A DNA stretch of 64,000 nucleotides from Bryobacterales bacterium (GCA_965226245.1 CBDDCL010000015.1:1839412-1903411); one strand, 5' to 3'. Positions 6,704-16,924 are shown, numbered from the stretch's first letter. The notes: generated by a model from the letters alone, not told the origin. A program made the numbers and translations.

Positions 6704-8866
6704 TTGCAATCTCGACCCAAATCCAACGGAGAGATCCTCACGGGCAGCCCCCACCCATTGGGCGCGACGTGGGACTGTGGCGGGGGCGCCAGCGGCACGA
6801 ACTTCGCGATTTTCTCCCAGCATGCGACCGCTATCGAGCTGTGCCTGTTCGACTCGCCGGACGCCGAGAGTGAAAGTCAGCGCATCGCTTTGCCGCGGCG
6901 GACCAACCTTGTCTGGCATGGATATGTGCCGGGGGTGGAGCCGGGGCAGCTCTATGGCTATCGCGTTCATGGGCCTTACCAGCCGGAGCAAGGTCATCGA
7001 TTCAATCCGAACAAGGTTCTGCTTGATCCCCATGCCAAGGCGATCGGGCGCGGAATCGAGTGGCGTGACGAACTCTATGGATGCCGCCAGGGAGATCCCG
7101 CCGGGGACGCATCTTTCGATGAGCGGGACAGCGCGGCGTGGGCGGCTTTGGGCGCTGTGATCGAAGGGGCGTTCGATTGGGAAGATGACCGGTCTCCCGC
7201 AACTCCCTGGGACGAGACGATTCTCTATGAAGCACACGTGAAGGGGTTCACGAAGCTGCATCCCGGCGTGCCCCCGGAGTTGCGGGGGACTTACGCCGGA
7301 CTCTGCTCCGATGCGGCAATTCAGCACTTGCTGCATCTCGGGATCAGCGCGGTCCAACTGATGCCGGTCCATTTTCACATCGACGAACGAGCCTTGGCGG
7401 AACGCGGGCTGAGCAATTATTGGGGCTACAACACGCTTGTGTATTTCGCGCCCGAAACACGCTATGCAGCCGATCGCAGCCCGGAAGGCGCGGTGCGCGA
7501 GTTCAAGCAAATGGTCCGCAAGCTGCATGCCGCCGGCCTCGAAGTCATCCTGGATGTCGTCTACAACCACAGCGCGGAAGGCGACGAGTTGGGCCCGACC
7601 TTATCGCTGCGGGGCATCGACAACGCGGTTTACTACCGCTTGACTCCCGGCAACCTCAGGGCTTATCTGGATTTCAGCGGCTGCGGCAACACGCTCAACA
7701 CGGCGCATCCCCGGGTAGTCCGGCTCGTTACCGACAGTCTGCGCTACTGGGTCACGGAGATGCACGTCGATGGATTTCGGTTCGACCTGGCAAGCGCTCT
7801 TGCCCGCACGGACGATGGCGTGGATATGAAGAGCGCGCTTTTGACAGCGGTCAGCCAGGACCCCGTGTTATCGCCGGTCAAGCTAATCGCCGAGCCCTGG
7901 GATCTAGGCCAGGGGGGCTACCAGGTCGGGCAGTTTCCCGCGGGTTGGTCGGAGCTGAACGGACGATTTCGAGACGACGTTCGGCGCTATTGGCGCGGTG
8001 ATGACGCCATGCCGGCGGCCATGGCCACGCGGCTTGCCGGAAGCAGCGACTTATACGCGCATAGCGGGCGCGAGCCCTCGGCTTCGGTCAACTTTGTCAC
8101 CTCGCACGACGGTTTTACGCTGGATGATCTCGTCAGCTATAGCGAGAAACACAATGAAGCGAATGGTGAAAACAATCGTGACGGGGAAAGCCAAAATCAC
8201 AGTTGGAACTGCGGCCTGGAGGGCCCAAGTGATGACCCCGGCGCAGGGGTCCTGAGAGCGAGGCAAAAGCGCAACTTAGTAGCAACGTTGTTGTTTTCCC
8301 AGGGTGTGCCGTTTATCTCGGCGGGTGACGAGCTGGGCCGCACGCAGCAGGGAAACAACAATGCCTACTGCCAGGACAATGAGCTGAGCTGGCTGAAGTG
8401 GGAGTTGACTCCCGAGCAAGCGGATTTTTTAGAGTTCGTGCGCCGCGCAATTGCGCTTCGGAGGAGTCAGCCGGCGCTGCGAAGGCGAGAATTCTTCAAT
8501 GGCCAAGCGACCTCTGGAAAAGAAGAAAAGGACCTGGCTTGGTATCATCCAGACGGCCGGGAGCTGGAGGGCGATGCCTGGCAGCAGACGTCTTTGGCCT
8601 GTTTCGGAGCCCTGCTGCGCGGCGAACCATCCGAGCAAGGCGATGAGCGAGGCGAAGTGAAAACCGGAGACACGCTTTTCTTGATGCTCAACGCTGGCGG
8701 CGAGGAAGTTCCATTCGTGCTGCCGAGCAACGAAGCAAGCGGCCGCTGGGAGCGCTTGCTCGATACAGCTCAAAGTGAAGGGGGCCAAGAAATTGCGCAA
8801 ACCTCGAAAGCCTATACACTCCAGGGACGCGGCGTTGCGCTATTGCGGCGCATACCCGCGAAGTGA
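6704..8866 (+). CDS. glgX: Glycogen debranching enzyme GlgX (GH13)
   Basis: 720-aa ORF with PHPLGATWD...GTNFAIFS N-terminus, GH13 motifs DVVYNHSAEG, GFRFDLASAL, AEPWD, FVTSHDGFTL. The start codon is uncertain (non-ATG in the track). Confidence 0.9.
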   Translation: MQSRPKSNGEILTGSPHPLGATWDCGGGASGTNFAIFSQHATAIELCLFDSPDAESESQRIALPRRTNLVWHGYVPGVEPGQLYGYRVHGPYQPEQGHRFNPNKVLLDPHAKAIGRGIEWRDELYGCRQGDPAGDASFDERDSAAWAALGAVIEGAFDWEDDRSPATPWDETILYEAHVKGFTKLHPGVPPELRGTYAGLCSDAAIQHLLHLGISAVQLMPVHFHIDERALAERGLSNYWGYNTLVYFAPETRYAADRSPEGAVREFKQMVRKLHAAGLEVILDVVYNHSAEGDELGPTLSLRGIDNAVYYRLTPGNLRAYLDFSGCGNTLNTAHPRVVRLVTDSLRYWVTEMHVDGFRFDLASALARTDDGVDMKSALLTAVSQDPVLSPVKLIAEPWDLGQGGYQVGQFPAGWSELNGRFRDDVRRYWRGDDAMPAAMATRLAGSSDLYAHSGREPSASVNFVTSHDGFTLDDLVSYSEKHNEANGENNRDGESQNHSWNCGLEGPSDDPGAGVLRARQKRNLVATLLFSQGVPFISAGDELGRTQQGNNNAYCQDNELSWLKWELTPEQADFLEFVRRAIALRRSQPALRRREFFNGQATSGKEEKDLAWYHPDGRELEGDAWQQTSLACFGALLRGEPSEQGDERGEVKTGDTLFLMLNAGGEEVPFVLPSNEASGRWERLLDTAQSEGGQEIAQTSKAYTLQGRGVALLRRIPAK

Positions 8867-8884
8867 CTCTTCCGCATTCTTCAC

Positions 8885-11113
8885 GTGAGCGATCCAGGCC
8901 AATCAGAAACAGACTCTCTGCACAAACTCGCCCGGCTGTATCGGGTACTCGTCCGATATCGAGATGGCTTTCGTGTCGTGCGCGAACCCTCTCCCGAAGC
9001 GCTGCTTGGGGTTCTGAAGGAACTGGGTGCTCCGCTGCATTCAGTCAAGGACGCTCCGGCGGCCATCGCTGGGCGGCGAGAAGAGCTTTGGTCGCGGGTG
9101 CTTGAGCCGGTTGTCGTTCTTTGGCGGGGGCGCCCCGCCGAGTGCAGGCTGCGTATTCCGGAAAGCGCCGCCGCCGGCACGGTTGGCTGCGAGCTGCGAT
9201 TGGAAGACGGCGCCGAACAGCGTTGGGCGGACGCATTGGCGGAACTCCGCACGCAGCGCCGCCTGCTCGTGAACGGCCGCAGGTATGTATCGAAGGTCTT
9301 GCCGCTCCCGGCCGCGATACCCATCGGCTACCACCGGCTGCGGGTTGAGATCGGGAGCCAAGTTCACGAAGCGTCCGTGATCTGCGCGCCCACCGCGGCA
9401 CACCCGTTCGATTGCTCGAAGGGGCGATTGTGGGGGCTTTTTCTGCCGCTCTATGCTCTTCGTACGGAGCAAAGCTGGGGAGCGGGAGATTTCAGCGACC
9501 TGGGGCATCTGCTCGCCTGGACGCGAGAGCTTGGCGGCAGCGCCGTAGGCGCCCTGCCGCTGCTAGCCTGCTATTTGGACGAGCCTTTCGATCCAAGCCC
9601 CTATGCGCCGGTCAGCCGGCTTTTCTGGAACGAGTTTTACGTTGATCCGCGCGGCCTGCCCGAATTTGAGCGTTGTCCCGCGGCAAGAGCCTTGGCCTCG
9701 TCCGATGCTTTTCGAGGGGAGATGGAGGGCCAGCGGCAACAGAGTTCGGTCGACTATCGGAGTCAGATGCGGCTCAAGAGGCGCCTGCTGGAGGAACTTG
9801 CGAAGACTGTGACGGCCGCGCATTCGGGTCGCCGCGAAGCGTTCCGGCGCTACGTGGAGGAGCGTCCCGGGCTGGACTCCTACGCTCGATTCCGGGCCAC
9901 GGTGGAAAGGCGAAAGGAGCTTTGGCCGCAATGGCCCCGGTCATTTCGCGATCAAGGCCTCCCGGAGGACGCATTCGATAAGGGCGCGCGAGACTACCAT
10001 CTCTACTGCCAGTGGATTGCGGAAGAGCAACTGGCGTCGCTCGCCCGCCAAGCCCGAGCCAAAGGACCGGGCCTCTATCTCGACCTGCCGCTAGGGGTTC
10101 ACTCCGGCGGCTTCGACGTGTGGCGGCAGCCGCAGGCGTTCGCGCTCGGGGTCACTGGCGGCGCTCCCCCCGACCGGTTCTTTACGTCCGGACAAGACTG
10201 GGGATTTGCTCCACAGCACCCGGAAAACATTCGCGGGCAGGGTTATCGGCACTTCATTGCCTGCCTGCGCCATCATCTTCGCCACGCCGGCGTCTTGCGG
10301 ATCGATCACGTGATGGGGCTCCACCGTCTCTACTGGATTCCGAAAGGGATGGATGCGAGGCAGGGTGTGTATGTCCAATACAGACCGGAGGAGTTCTACG
10401 CCATTCTTGCGGTCGAGTCGCGCCGCCACGAGACGGTGATTGTTGGAGAAGACTTGGGTACGGCGCCGAAATACGTTCGGGCCAGGATGACCGAGCATGG
10501 ACTGAAGCGAATGTATGTTGCTCAGTTCCGCTTCCGGCCCGATGCGAAAGAGCCGCTCGGCGCCGTCCCACGAAACTCGGTCGCGGGATTGAATACCCAC
10601 GACATGAGGCCTTTCGCGGGCTTCTGGCAAGAGTTCGATATCGACGATCAACTCGAGTTGGGCCTGCTGAACGAAAAGGACGCGCGGCAAGACCGGCTCC
10701 GCCGCCGCGACGTAAAACGAGCCTTGCTGGAACACTCTAAGGAGAAGCAGGCGGGCTCCGGGCAGTGTGGCGGCGCTCAGCCCGCGAGCGGGGAAAATGA
10801 GGGCAATCGCGGTTCAGGCGAGGATGAGGATGTCCGGCGTGTCGTCGCCGCCTGCCTGTCGGAGCTGGCAGCGAGCGAAGCTGAATTTCTGATGGTCAAC
10901 CTCGAAGACCTGTGGGAGGAAACTCTTGCCCAGAATACACCGGGAACTGTCAACGAGCGGAACTGGCGCCGCAAATCACGCTACAGCTTGGAAGATATTC
11001 GCCAAACACCACGGATCGTCGAACTGCTGTGTACGGTCAACCGTCTTCGAAAGGCTCAGTTGGAGACAGACAACGACTCCGGGAACGCAGACGAGCCGGC
11101 TCGAAGTAGTTGA
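8885..11113 (+). CDS. malQ: 4-alpha-glucanotransferase (amylomaltase, GH77) with N-terminal extension
   Basis: 742-aa ORF with SPYAPVSRLFWNEFYVD, LRIDHVMGLHRLYWIP, VGEDLGT, NTHDM motifs typical of MalQ. Immediately downstream of glgX. Confidence 0.9.
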   Translation: MSDPGQSETDSLHKLARLYRVLVRYRDGFRVVREPSPEALLGVLKELGAPLHSVKDAPAAIAGRREELWSRVLEPVVVLWRGRPAECRLRIPESAAAGTVGCELRLEDGAEQRWADALAELRTQRRLLVNGRRYVSKVLPLPAAIPIGYHRLRVEIGSQVHEASVICAPTAAHPFDCSKGRLWGLFLPLYALRTEQSWGAGDFSDLGHLLAWTRELGGSAVGALPLLACYLDEPFDPSPYAPVSRLFWNEFYVDPRGLPEFERCPAARALASSDAFRGEMEGQRQQSSVDYRSQMRLKRRLLEELAKTVTAAHSGRREAFRRYVEERPGLDSYARFRATVERRKELWPQWPRSFRDQGLPEDAFDKGARDYHLYCQWIAEEQLASLARQARAKGPGLYLDLPLGVHSGGFDVWRQPQAFALGVTGGAPPDRFFTSGQDWGFAPQHPENIRGQGYRHFIACLRHHLRHAGVLRIDHVMGLHRLYWIPKGMDARQGVYVQYRPEEFYAILAVESRRHETVIVGEDLGTAPKYVRARMTEHGLKRMYVAQFRFRPDAKEPLGAVPRNSVAGLNTHDMRPFAGFWQEFDIDDQLELGLLNEKDARQDRLRRRDVKRALLEHSKEKQAGSGQCGGAQPASGENEGNRGSGEDEDVRRVVAACLSELAASEAEFLMVNLEDLWEETLAQNTPGTVNERNWRRKSRYSLEDIRQTPRIVELLCTVNRLRKAQLETDNDSGNADEPARSS

Positions 11114-11119
11114 GAATCG

Positions 11120-11353
11120 CTAAGCCAAGAGGTCAATCGCGTGCTGGTTGATTTCGTCGGCCGTTTTCACCACTTCAAGGGAAGCTTGCACCGCCGTCCG
11201 GGCAGCTAGCAGCTTTACGGCCTCCGTACTGAGATCAAGCTGGTCGACCGAGCCCGCCTCGGGTTGGCTGGCCCGGCGGATGCCTTCGGCTGCTTGGTCA
11301 AATTGCTTGAGAGCCTGTGTGATGCCTGCGAGGGCGGAAGACGAGATGCTCAT
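11120..11353 (-). CDS. Small (77 aa) protein with flagellar-rod-like N- and C-terminal heptad segments; function unknown
   Basis: SD ggaggag upstream of the ATG. The C-terminus VDQLDLSTEAVKLLAARTAVQASLEVVKTADEINQHAIDLL resembles the Flg_bbr_C motif (Vd..E.v.li.a.r.yeAN.kvi.tadem). Amino-acid composition is normal. Confidence 0.5.
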   Translation of the reverse strand: MSISSSALAGITQALKQFDQAAEGIRRASQPEAGSVDQLDLSTEAVKLLAARTAVQASLEVVKTADEINQHAIDLLA

Positions 11354-11620
11354 GTAGATCTCCTCCCTCCTTTTCGGCTCCCATCATGGAAAGTTGAGAG
11401 TATTGTTGGCTACAAACCCCTCTTCAAAGCAATTGCCCTGCCAAACCTCGGGGGCTTACTTCATATCGTTGTATCGCAAGCGTCTAGCTCTCTCTTCGGG
11501 CGAAGCTCTTCCTCTCGGGTCGCCTGCGATACAACACTAAGATATTATATCATTAGCTATCCGTGGACAAGCGCTATGTAGTTCGTTTCGTGGCACTCAG
11601 CCCCAATGCTGTTCACCTAA

Positions 11621-11720
11621 AGCCTTTTGAGCCGCGAAGCGGCGCCGGATCGTAGCCCATGGGTGGAGCGAAGCGGAACCCTGGGTCCGAAACCCCTCGA
11701 GGGAGAAGCCCCGCAAGGGG
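11621..11720. repeat. R-family repeat copy R2
   Basis: Near-identical to R1 and R3. ISa copy 1 is inserted 9 bp after its last hairpin (CCCCGCAAGGGG). Confidence 0.8.
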
Positions 11721-12658
11721 TGCATACCACCTGAATTATGCACTGCGGGTACACCTGAGGAGGGCTGTGCCGCGAGGGACCATTGGGCGACCCCCGAAAA
11801 CATGGGGTAATAAGGTAGGCTGGCAAAGATTTCAGCTTCGCCAGCCAACCCCAAGGAGGTCACCCAAATGGTTACCAAGCGAAAACAGCATAGCTCCAAA
11901 AACCCCGCCAAACAAGGCCGCGGCGCGACGGCTCCGCAGCCCAATAAAATCGGGGCTTCCACGCCCTATCACTTCCGCGGCAAGAATCTGACTCCCTACG
12001 GCGGCCTGCTGCCGGTCGCCACCCTGCTCGAAAAACTCGGCTTCCAAGAGCTGCTGGAACAAACCCTCAGCGTCAAACGAATCACCCGTGTGATGAGCCT
12101 CTACCAGTTTGTGCTGGCCCTCGTGCTGGCCCTCGTGCTGGGCCTCTATGTCGGCTTTGCACGGCTCAACCAACTCCGCTTCATCGCGCGCGACCCCATC
12201 CTGACCGGCATCTTGCAAGTGACGCGGCTGCCGCCGCAATCCACGCTGTGGCGCTTTCTGGCCTCGCTGCATCTCAACGTGGCGCGGCAGATCCTGTCGA
12301 TGCAGCGCCAACTGCGCGAACGAGCCTGGGCGGCGGCCAACGTGCGGTTGACCACGGTGACGCTGGACACCGACACCACCGTGCACACCCTCTACGGCCA
12401 GCAGATGGGCGGGCGCAAGAGCTACAACCCCAAGAACAAGGGCAAGCGCAGCTACCAGCCGATACTGACCTTCCTGGCCGAGACGCGCGAATACCTGATG
12501 GGCGGGTTGCACAATGGCGACCGGCCCACGGGCAAAGAGATCGCGGCGCACCTCGAAAGTGCTTTCCAGGCTTTGCCGGCCAGTGTGAAGCGGATCTTGG
12601 CGCGGGCCGATTCCGGCTTTTATTGCTGGGAAGCGGTGGCAGCCTACGAACAAGCGCA

Positions 12659-13685
12659 ATGGGGTATTTAGTTGACTCCAGTAGCCACAATATGTTGTGG
12701 TTGGGGGCATGAAGGAGGACTACCCCCGAAACCTCGTCGAGTTGGAAGCTCGATTCTCGACCGAGGAGGCGTGCCGGGAGTACCTGCTGAAGCTGCGCTG
12801 GCCGGAGGGGTTCGTGTGCCCGCGCTGTGGGATCCAGTCCTCATGGGCCAGCAAACGCAATCTGCTGCTCTGCGCCGACTGCGGTTACCAGGCCTCGGTG
12901 ACGGCGGGCACGATTTTCCAGGACACCCGCAAGCCCTTGACGTTGTGGTTCCGGGCGGCTTGGTGGGTGACAACGCAAAAAGGCGGGGCCAGCGCGCTGG
13001 AGTTGCAGCGGGTCTTGGGTTTGGGTAGCTATGTAACCGCCTGGACCTGGCTGCACAAGTTCCGCCGCGCCATGGTGCGCCCCGGTCGCAATCGGCTGGT
13101 CGGCCGGGTGGAGGTGGACGAAACGTATGTGGGCGGAGTCGAAGAGGGCGTCCGAGGTCGCGAAATGGTTGGCAAAGCGTTAGTTGCGGTTGCTGCCGAG
13201 GAGGATGGGCGCGGTATGGGTCGCATCCGGCTCCGTCGGATCGCGGATGCCTCAGCGGCGAGCTTGGAAGCCTTTGTCGAAGAAGCTATCCAACCTGGCA
13301 GCCTCGTGCACACCGACGGCTGGGAAGGCTATGCGGGATTGGAGAACAAAGGATACCGCCATGAAGTCACCGTGCTGCGCGGGAAGCGGCAATCGGCGAG
13401 TAAGCTGCTGCCGAGAGTCCATCGTGTCGCCTCTCTGCTAAAGCGCTGGCTGTTGGGGACCCACCAGGGGGCTGTCAGTCACGAGTATTTGGACTACTAC
13501 CTGGACGAGTTCACGTTCCGCTTCAACCGGCGGACCTCACGGTCGCGCGGCAAACTTTTCTATCGCCTCCTCCAGCAGGCGGTCGCCGCCGACCCTGCTC
13601 CCTATAAGACAATGGTCGAGGCCACCAGGGCCGGCACCCCCACCCCCAAGATGTAGTGGCTACTGGAGTCAACTAAATACCCCAT
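12659..13685 (+). mobile_element. ISb copy 1 (IS1595/ISXO2-like, 1027 bp) nested in ISa
   Basis: Inverted ends atggggtatttagttgactccagtagccac / gtggctactggagtcaactaaataccccat. The 8-bp duplication CAAGCGCA is at 12651-12658 and 13686-13693. The uninterrupted target gaacaagcgcattgtcag is seen in the other ISa copies. Confidence 0.92.
12709..13656 (+). CDS. IS1595-family (ISXO2-like) DDE transposase with N-terminal zinc ribbon
   Basis: MKEDYPRNL..., CPRCG...CADCG zinc ribbon, VEVDETYVGG and LVHTDGWEGY acidic motifs. ATG at 12709 (the track starts at GTG 12697). Confidence 0.9.
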   Translation: MKEDYPRNLVELEARFSTEEACREYLLKLRWPEGFVCPRCGIQSSWASKRNLLLCADCGYQASVTAGTIFQDTRKPLTLWFRAAWWVTTQKGGASALELQRVLGLGSYVTAWTWLHKFRRAMVRPGRNRLVGRVEVDETYVGGVEEGVRGREMVGKALVAVAAEEDGRGMGRIRLRRIADASAASLEAFVEEAIQPGSLVHTDGWEGYAGLENKGYRHEVTVLRGKRQSASKLLPRVHRVASLLKRWLLGTHQGAVSHEYLDYYLDEFTFRFNRRTSRSRGKLFYRLLQQAVAADPAPYKTMVEATRAGTPTPKM

Positions 13686-15040
13686 CAAGCGCATTGTCAG
13701 TTCGTCATCGTGGCGCGCAAGACTAGGCGACTGGTCGAGCAGTTGCAGCAAGCGGAATGGAAGCCCTCGCCCCACAGCGACGCTGCGGCGGAGTGCGAAT
13801 TCCTCTACCAGCCGCAAGGCTGGGGCAGGGCCTGCCGCTTTGTCGCGCTGCGTTATGAAAAGGAGCCGGAAACCGACGAGGTCGAGCAATATCAGTTGTT
13901 TGCAACCAGCGCTTACACCTACCGCGTGTTCGTCACCAACCTCACCGAGCCGATCGCGGCGGTGGCGTGGTTTTACAACCAGCGGGCTGGGGCGGAGAAC
14001 CTCATCAAAGAAGCCAACAACGACGCCGGGCTGGCGGCCCATCCTTCGCGCCGCTTTGACATGAACCGCAATCACTTTCAGTTGGTCATGCTGGCCTACA
14101 ACCTCAACTGCTGGCTGCTGCTGTTCCAGCGCGAAGCCGACGCCACCCCGGAGAAGCTGCGCCACACCACCCTGGCGACGGCGCGGCTGCGCTTTCTGTT
14201 CGTGGCGGCCAAGATCTGGCGGCATGCCGGCAGAACGGGCATCAGCTACAGCGATCAGTACCAGGAGCAGGGCCTGTTCGAGCGGCTGATGCGGCGGCTG
14301 CGGGCGATGGCGCCGCCGGGATCGAGCTGCGCGCCGGTGGTGGAGGGTGCGCTGCGTTGAGGGGCGCTGCGCATAGAATTTTATGCACGGGCCGCAAGCT
14401 ACTGGGAACATGCCGTTTGCGAGCCCGCTTTTGCCCGCCCGGAATTGGGAGGCGGCTCAAACCGGGAAGGAAACAGCAGAAAAGACGACTTGCTAAATCA
14501 CTGAGTTGACACGACTGCCGCTACCGCCACAACTCCATCGGCGATGGCTACGCCGAACCTGTGCATAATTCAGGTACCATAGTCCTGCTGGCGGTCGCGG
14601 AACTCTTCGTGCCAGTTTTGGACGACGCAACGGAAAATACTTTCACCTCGCCTGCGCTTCAAGATTCCAAGCGCTAGATGAGAACGCCGCCACGGAGCGG
14701 AGCTACTTTCGAGTTCTGCCCCTGATAAACTCGATTGATGACGAAACCGTACTCGGAACGCGGGATCCGGCAACTGCGGTGGTCACACTTACAGTTCTAG
14801 TACTAACGGATCATACCAAATAAGTACAAATTGTCTATGGACAAAACGCCTTAGTCGCGGCCATTATACCCTAGAACGCTCTTTTTGAGACTATGCCGCC
14901 CGTAGGGGCGGGCGTCAGCGAAGAGTCCGAGGGATTGGACCCGCGGCGCAGGAGCACGAAAAAAACGGGCAAGGAAGCAAAACTTCGGCGAAGCCGTGTG
15001 GCTGCGGGCGCGACGGTCTGGCTGGCTGGGAGATCGTGGT

Positions 15041-15068
15041 CCGCGAGGCTCATCGAGCAGCCTCGCGG
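15041..15068 (+). promoter_or_regulatory. Perfect 10-bp stem hairpin (CCGCGAGGCT-catcgagc-AGCCTCGCGG) 25 nt upstream of the GT2 start codon
   Basis: Read directly. It lies in the 5' leader of the nfrB-like gene. Function unknown. Confidence 0.4.
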
Positions 15069-15126
15069 ATGCGCAACCGACATCGGGAATTAAATGGATA
15101 CACCATTCCTTGTTTACTCTCTTACA

Positions 15127-16924
15127 CCTGAATTATGCACAGGTTCGGCGTAGCCATCGCCGATGGAGTTGTGGCGGTAGCGGCAGTCGTGTCAACTCAG
15201 TGATTTAGCAAGTCGTCTTTTCTGCTGTTTCCTTCCCGGTTTGAGCCGCCTCCCAATTCCGGGCGGGCAAAAGCGGGCTCGCAAACGGCATGTTCCCAGT
15301 AGCTTGCGGCCCGTGCATAAAATTCTATGCGCAGCGCCCCTCAACGCAGCGCACCCTCCACCACCGGCGCGCAGCTCGATCCCGGCGGCGCCATCGCCCG
15401 CAGCCGCCGCATCAGCCGCTCGAACAGGCCCTGCTCCTGGTACTGATCGCTGTAGCTGATGCCCGTTCTGCCGGCATGCCGCCAGATCTTGGCCGCCACG
15501 AACAGAAAGCGCAGCCGCGCCGTCGCCAGGGTGGTGTGGCGCAGCTTCTCCGGGGTGGCGTCGGCTTCGCGCTGGAACAGCAGCAGCCAGCAGTTGAGGT
15601 TGTAGGCCAGCATGACCAACTGAAAGTGATTGCGGTTCATGTCAAAGCGGCGCGAAGGATGGGCCGCCAGCCCGGCGTCGTTGTTGGCTTCTTTGATGAG
15701 GTTCTCCGCCCCAGCCCGCTGGTTGTAAAACCACGCCACCGCCGCGATCGGCTCGGTGAGGTTGGTGACGAACACGCGGTAGGTGTAAGCGCTGGTTGCA
15801 AACAACTGATATTGCTCGACTTCGTCGGTTTCCGGCTCCTTTTCATAACGCAGCGCGACAAAGCGGCAGGCCCTGCCCCAGCCTTGCGGCTGGTAGAGGA
15901 ATTCGCACTCCGCCGCAGCGTCGCTGTGGGGCGAGGGCTTCCATTCCGCTTGCTGCAACTGCTCGACCAGTCGCCTGGTCTTGCGCGCCACGATGACGAA
16001 CTGACAATGCGCTTGTTCGTAGGCTGCCACCGCTTCCCAGCAATAAAAGCCGGAATCGGCCCGCGCCAAGATCCGCTTCACACTGGCCGGCAAAGCCTGG
16101 AAAGCACTTTCGAGGTGCGCCGCGATCTCTTTGCCCGTGGGCCGGTCGCCATTGTGCAACCCGCCCATCAGGTATTCGCGCGTCTCGGCCAGGAAGGTCA
16201 GTATCGGCTGGTAGCTGCGCTTGCCCTTGTTCTTGGGGTTGTAGCTCTTGCGCCCGCCCATCTGCTGGCCGTAGAGGGTGTGCACGGTGGTGTCGGTGTC
16301 CAGCGTCACCGTGGTCAACCGCACGTTGGCCGCCGCCCAGGCTCGTTCGCGCAGTTGGCGCTGCATCGACAGGATCTGCCGCGCCACGTTGAGATGCAGC
16401 GAGGCCAGAAAGCGCCACAGCGTGGATTGCGGCGGCAGCCGCGTCACTTGCAAGATGCCGGTCAGGATGGGGTCGCGCGCGATGAAGCGGAGTTGGTTGA
16501 GCCGCGCAAAGCCGACATAGAAGCCCAGCACGAGGGCCAGCACAAACTGGTAGAGGCTCATCACACGGGTGATTCGTTTGACGCTGAGGGTTTGTTCCAG
16601 CAGCTCTTGGAAGCCGAGTTTTTCGAGCAGGGTGGCGACCGGCAGCAGGCCGCCGTAGGGAGTCAGATTCTTGCCGCGGAAGTGATAGGGCGTGGAAGCC
16701 CCGATTTTATTGGGCTGCGGAGCCGTCGCGCCGCGGCCTTGTTTGGCGGGGTTTTTGGAGCTATGCTGTTTTCGCTTGGTAACCATTTGGGTGACCTCCT
16801 TGGGGTTGGCTGGCGAAGCTGAAATCTTTGCCAGCCTACCTTATTACCCCATGTTTTCGGGGGTCGCCCAATGGTCCCTCGCGGCACAGCCCTCCTCAGG
16901 TGTACCCGCAGTGCATAATTCAGG
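15127..16924 (-). mobile_element. ISa copy 2 (1798 bp), intact
   Basis: Terminal CCTGAATTATGCAC inverted repeats. The 5-bp duplication TTACA is at 15122-15126 and 16925-16929. Inserted after codon 11 of the GT2 gene. Confidence 0.92.
15341..16786 (-). CDS. ISa transposase (IS1380-family-like DDE, 481 aa)
   Basis: VTLDTDTTVHTLYGQQ, ARADSGFYCWE and FYNQRAGAENLIKEANND (Y-x2-R-x3-E-x3-K) motifs. SD aaggagg before the ATG. Confidence 0.9.
   Translation of the reverse strand: MVTKRKQHSSKNPAKQGRGATAPQPNKIGASTPYHFRGKNLTPYGGLLPVATLLEKLGFQELLEQTLSVKRITRVMSLYQFVLALVLGFYVGFARLNQLRFIARDPILTGILQVTRLPPQSTLWRFLASLHLNVARQILSMQRQLRERAWAAANVRLTTVTLDTDTTVHTLYGQQMGGRKSYNPKNKGKRSYQPILTFLAETREYLMGGLHNGDRPTGKEIAAHLESAFQALPASVKRILARADSGFYCWEAVAAYEQAHCQFVIVARKTRRLVEQLQQAEWKPSPHSDAAAECEFLYQPQGWGRACRFVALRYEKEPETDEVEQYQLFATSAYTYRVFVTNLTEPIAAVAWFYNQRAGAENLIKEANNDAGLAAHPSRRFDMNRNHFQLVMLAYNLNCWLLLFQREADATPEKLRHTTLATARLRFLFVAAKIWRHAGRTGISYSDQYQEQGLFERLMRRLRAMAPPGSSCAPVVEGALR

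Larger units (their letters stand above)
11868..14360 (+). pseudogene. ISa transposase split by the ISb insertion (N-part 11868-12658, C-part 13694-14360)
   Basis: The N-part ORF ends ...AYEQAQWGI* by running into ISb. The C-part ORF 13710-14360 resumes with VARKTRRLVEQLQ..., identical to intact copies. An extra LALV comes from the 12-bp duplication. Confidence 0.9.
11730..14574 (+). mobile_element. ISa copy 1 (IS1380-like), disrupted by a nested ISb
   Basis: Ends are cctgaattatgcactgcggg... and ...gaacctgtgcataattcagg. The 5-bp duplication TACCA is at 11725-11729 and 14575-14579. Length 2845 = 1798 (ISa) + 1027 (ISb) + 8 (ISb duplication) + 12 (internal tandem duplication 12114-12137). Confidence 0.92.

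Noticed and set aside
6521-7570. 349-aa minus-strand ORF overlapping glgX
   Set aside because: It is antisense to a strongly supported GH13 gene, and its composition (R/P/A-rich) is typical of shadow ORFs.
14575-15093. Possible c-di-GMP riboswitch in the leader of the nfrB-like gene
   Set aside because: I could not find GEMM-I (GGCAAACC...GACGCAAAGCC) or GEMM-II signatures by eye. This needs cmscan to exclude formally.
15290-16822. 510-aa ORFs running the full length of each ISa copy on the strand opposite the transposase (also 18773-20293, 23715-25247, 34076-35608)
   Set aside because: They are Arg/Pro/Gln/Ala-rich low-complexity translations that exactly mirror the transposase frame. This is a typical stop-free antisense shadow in high-GC DNA, and no motif is recognisable.
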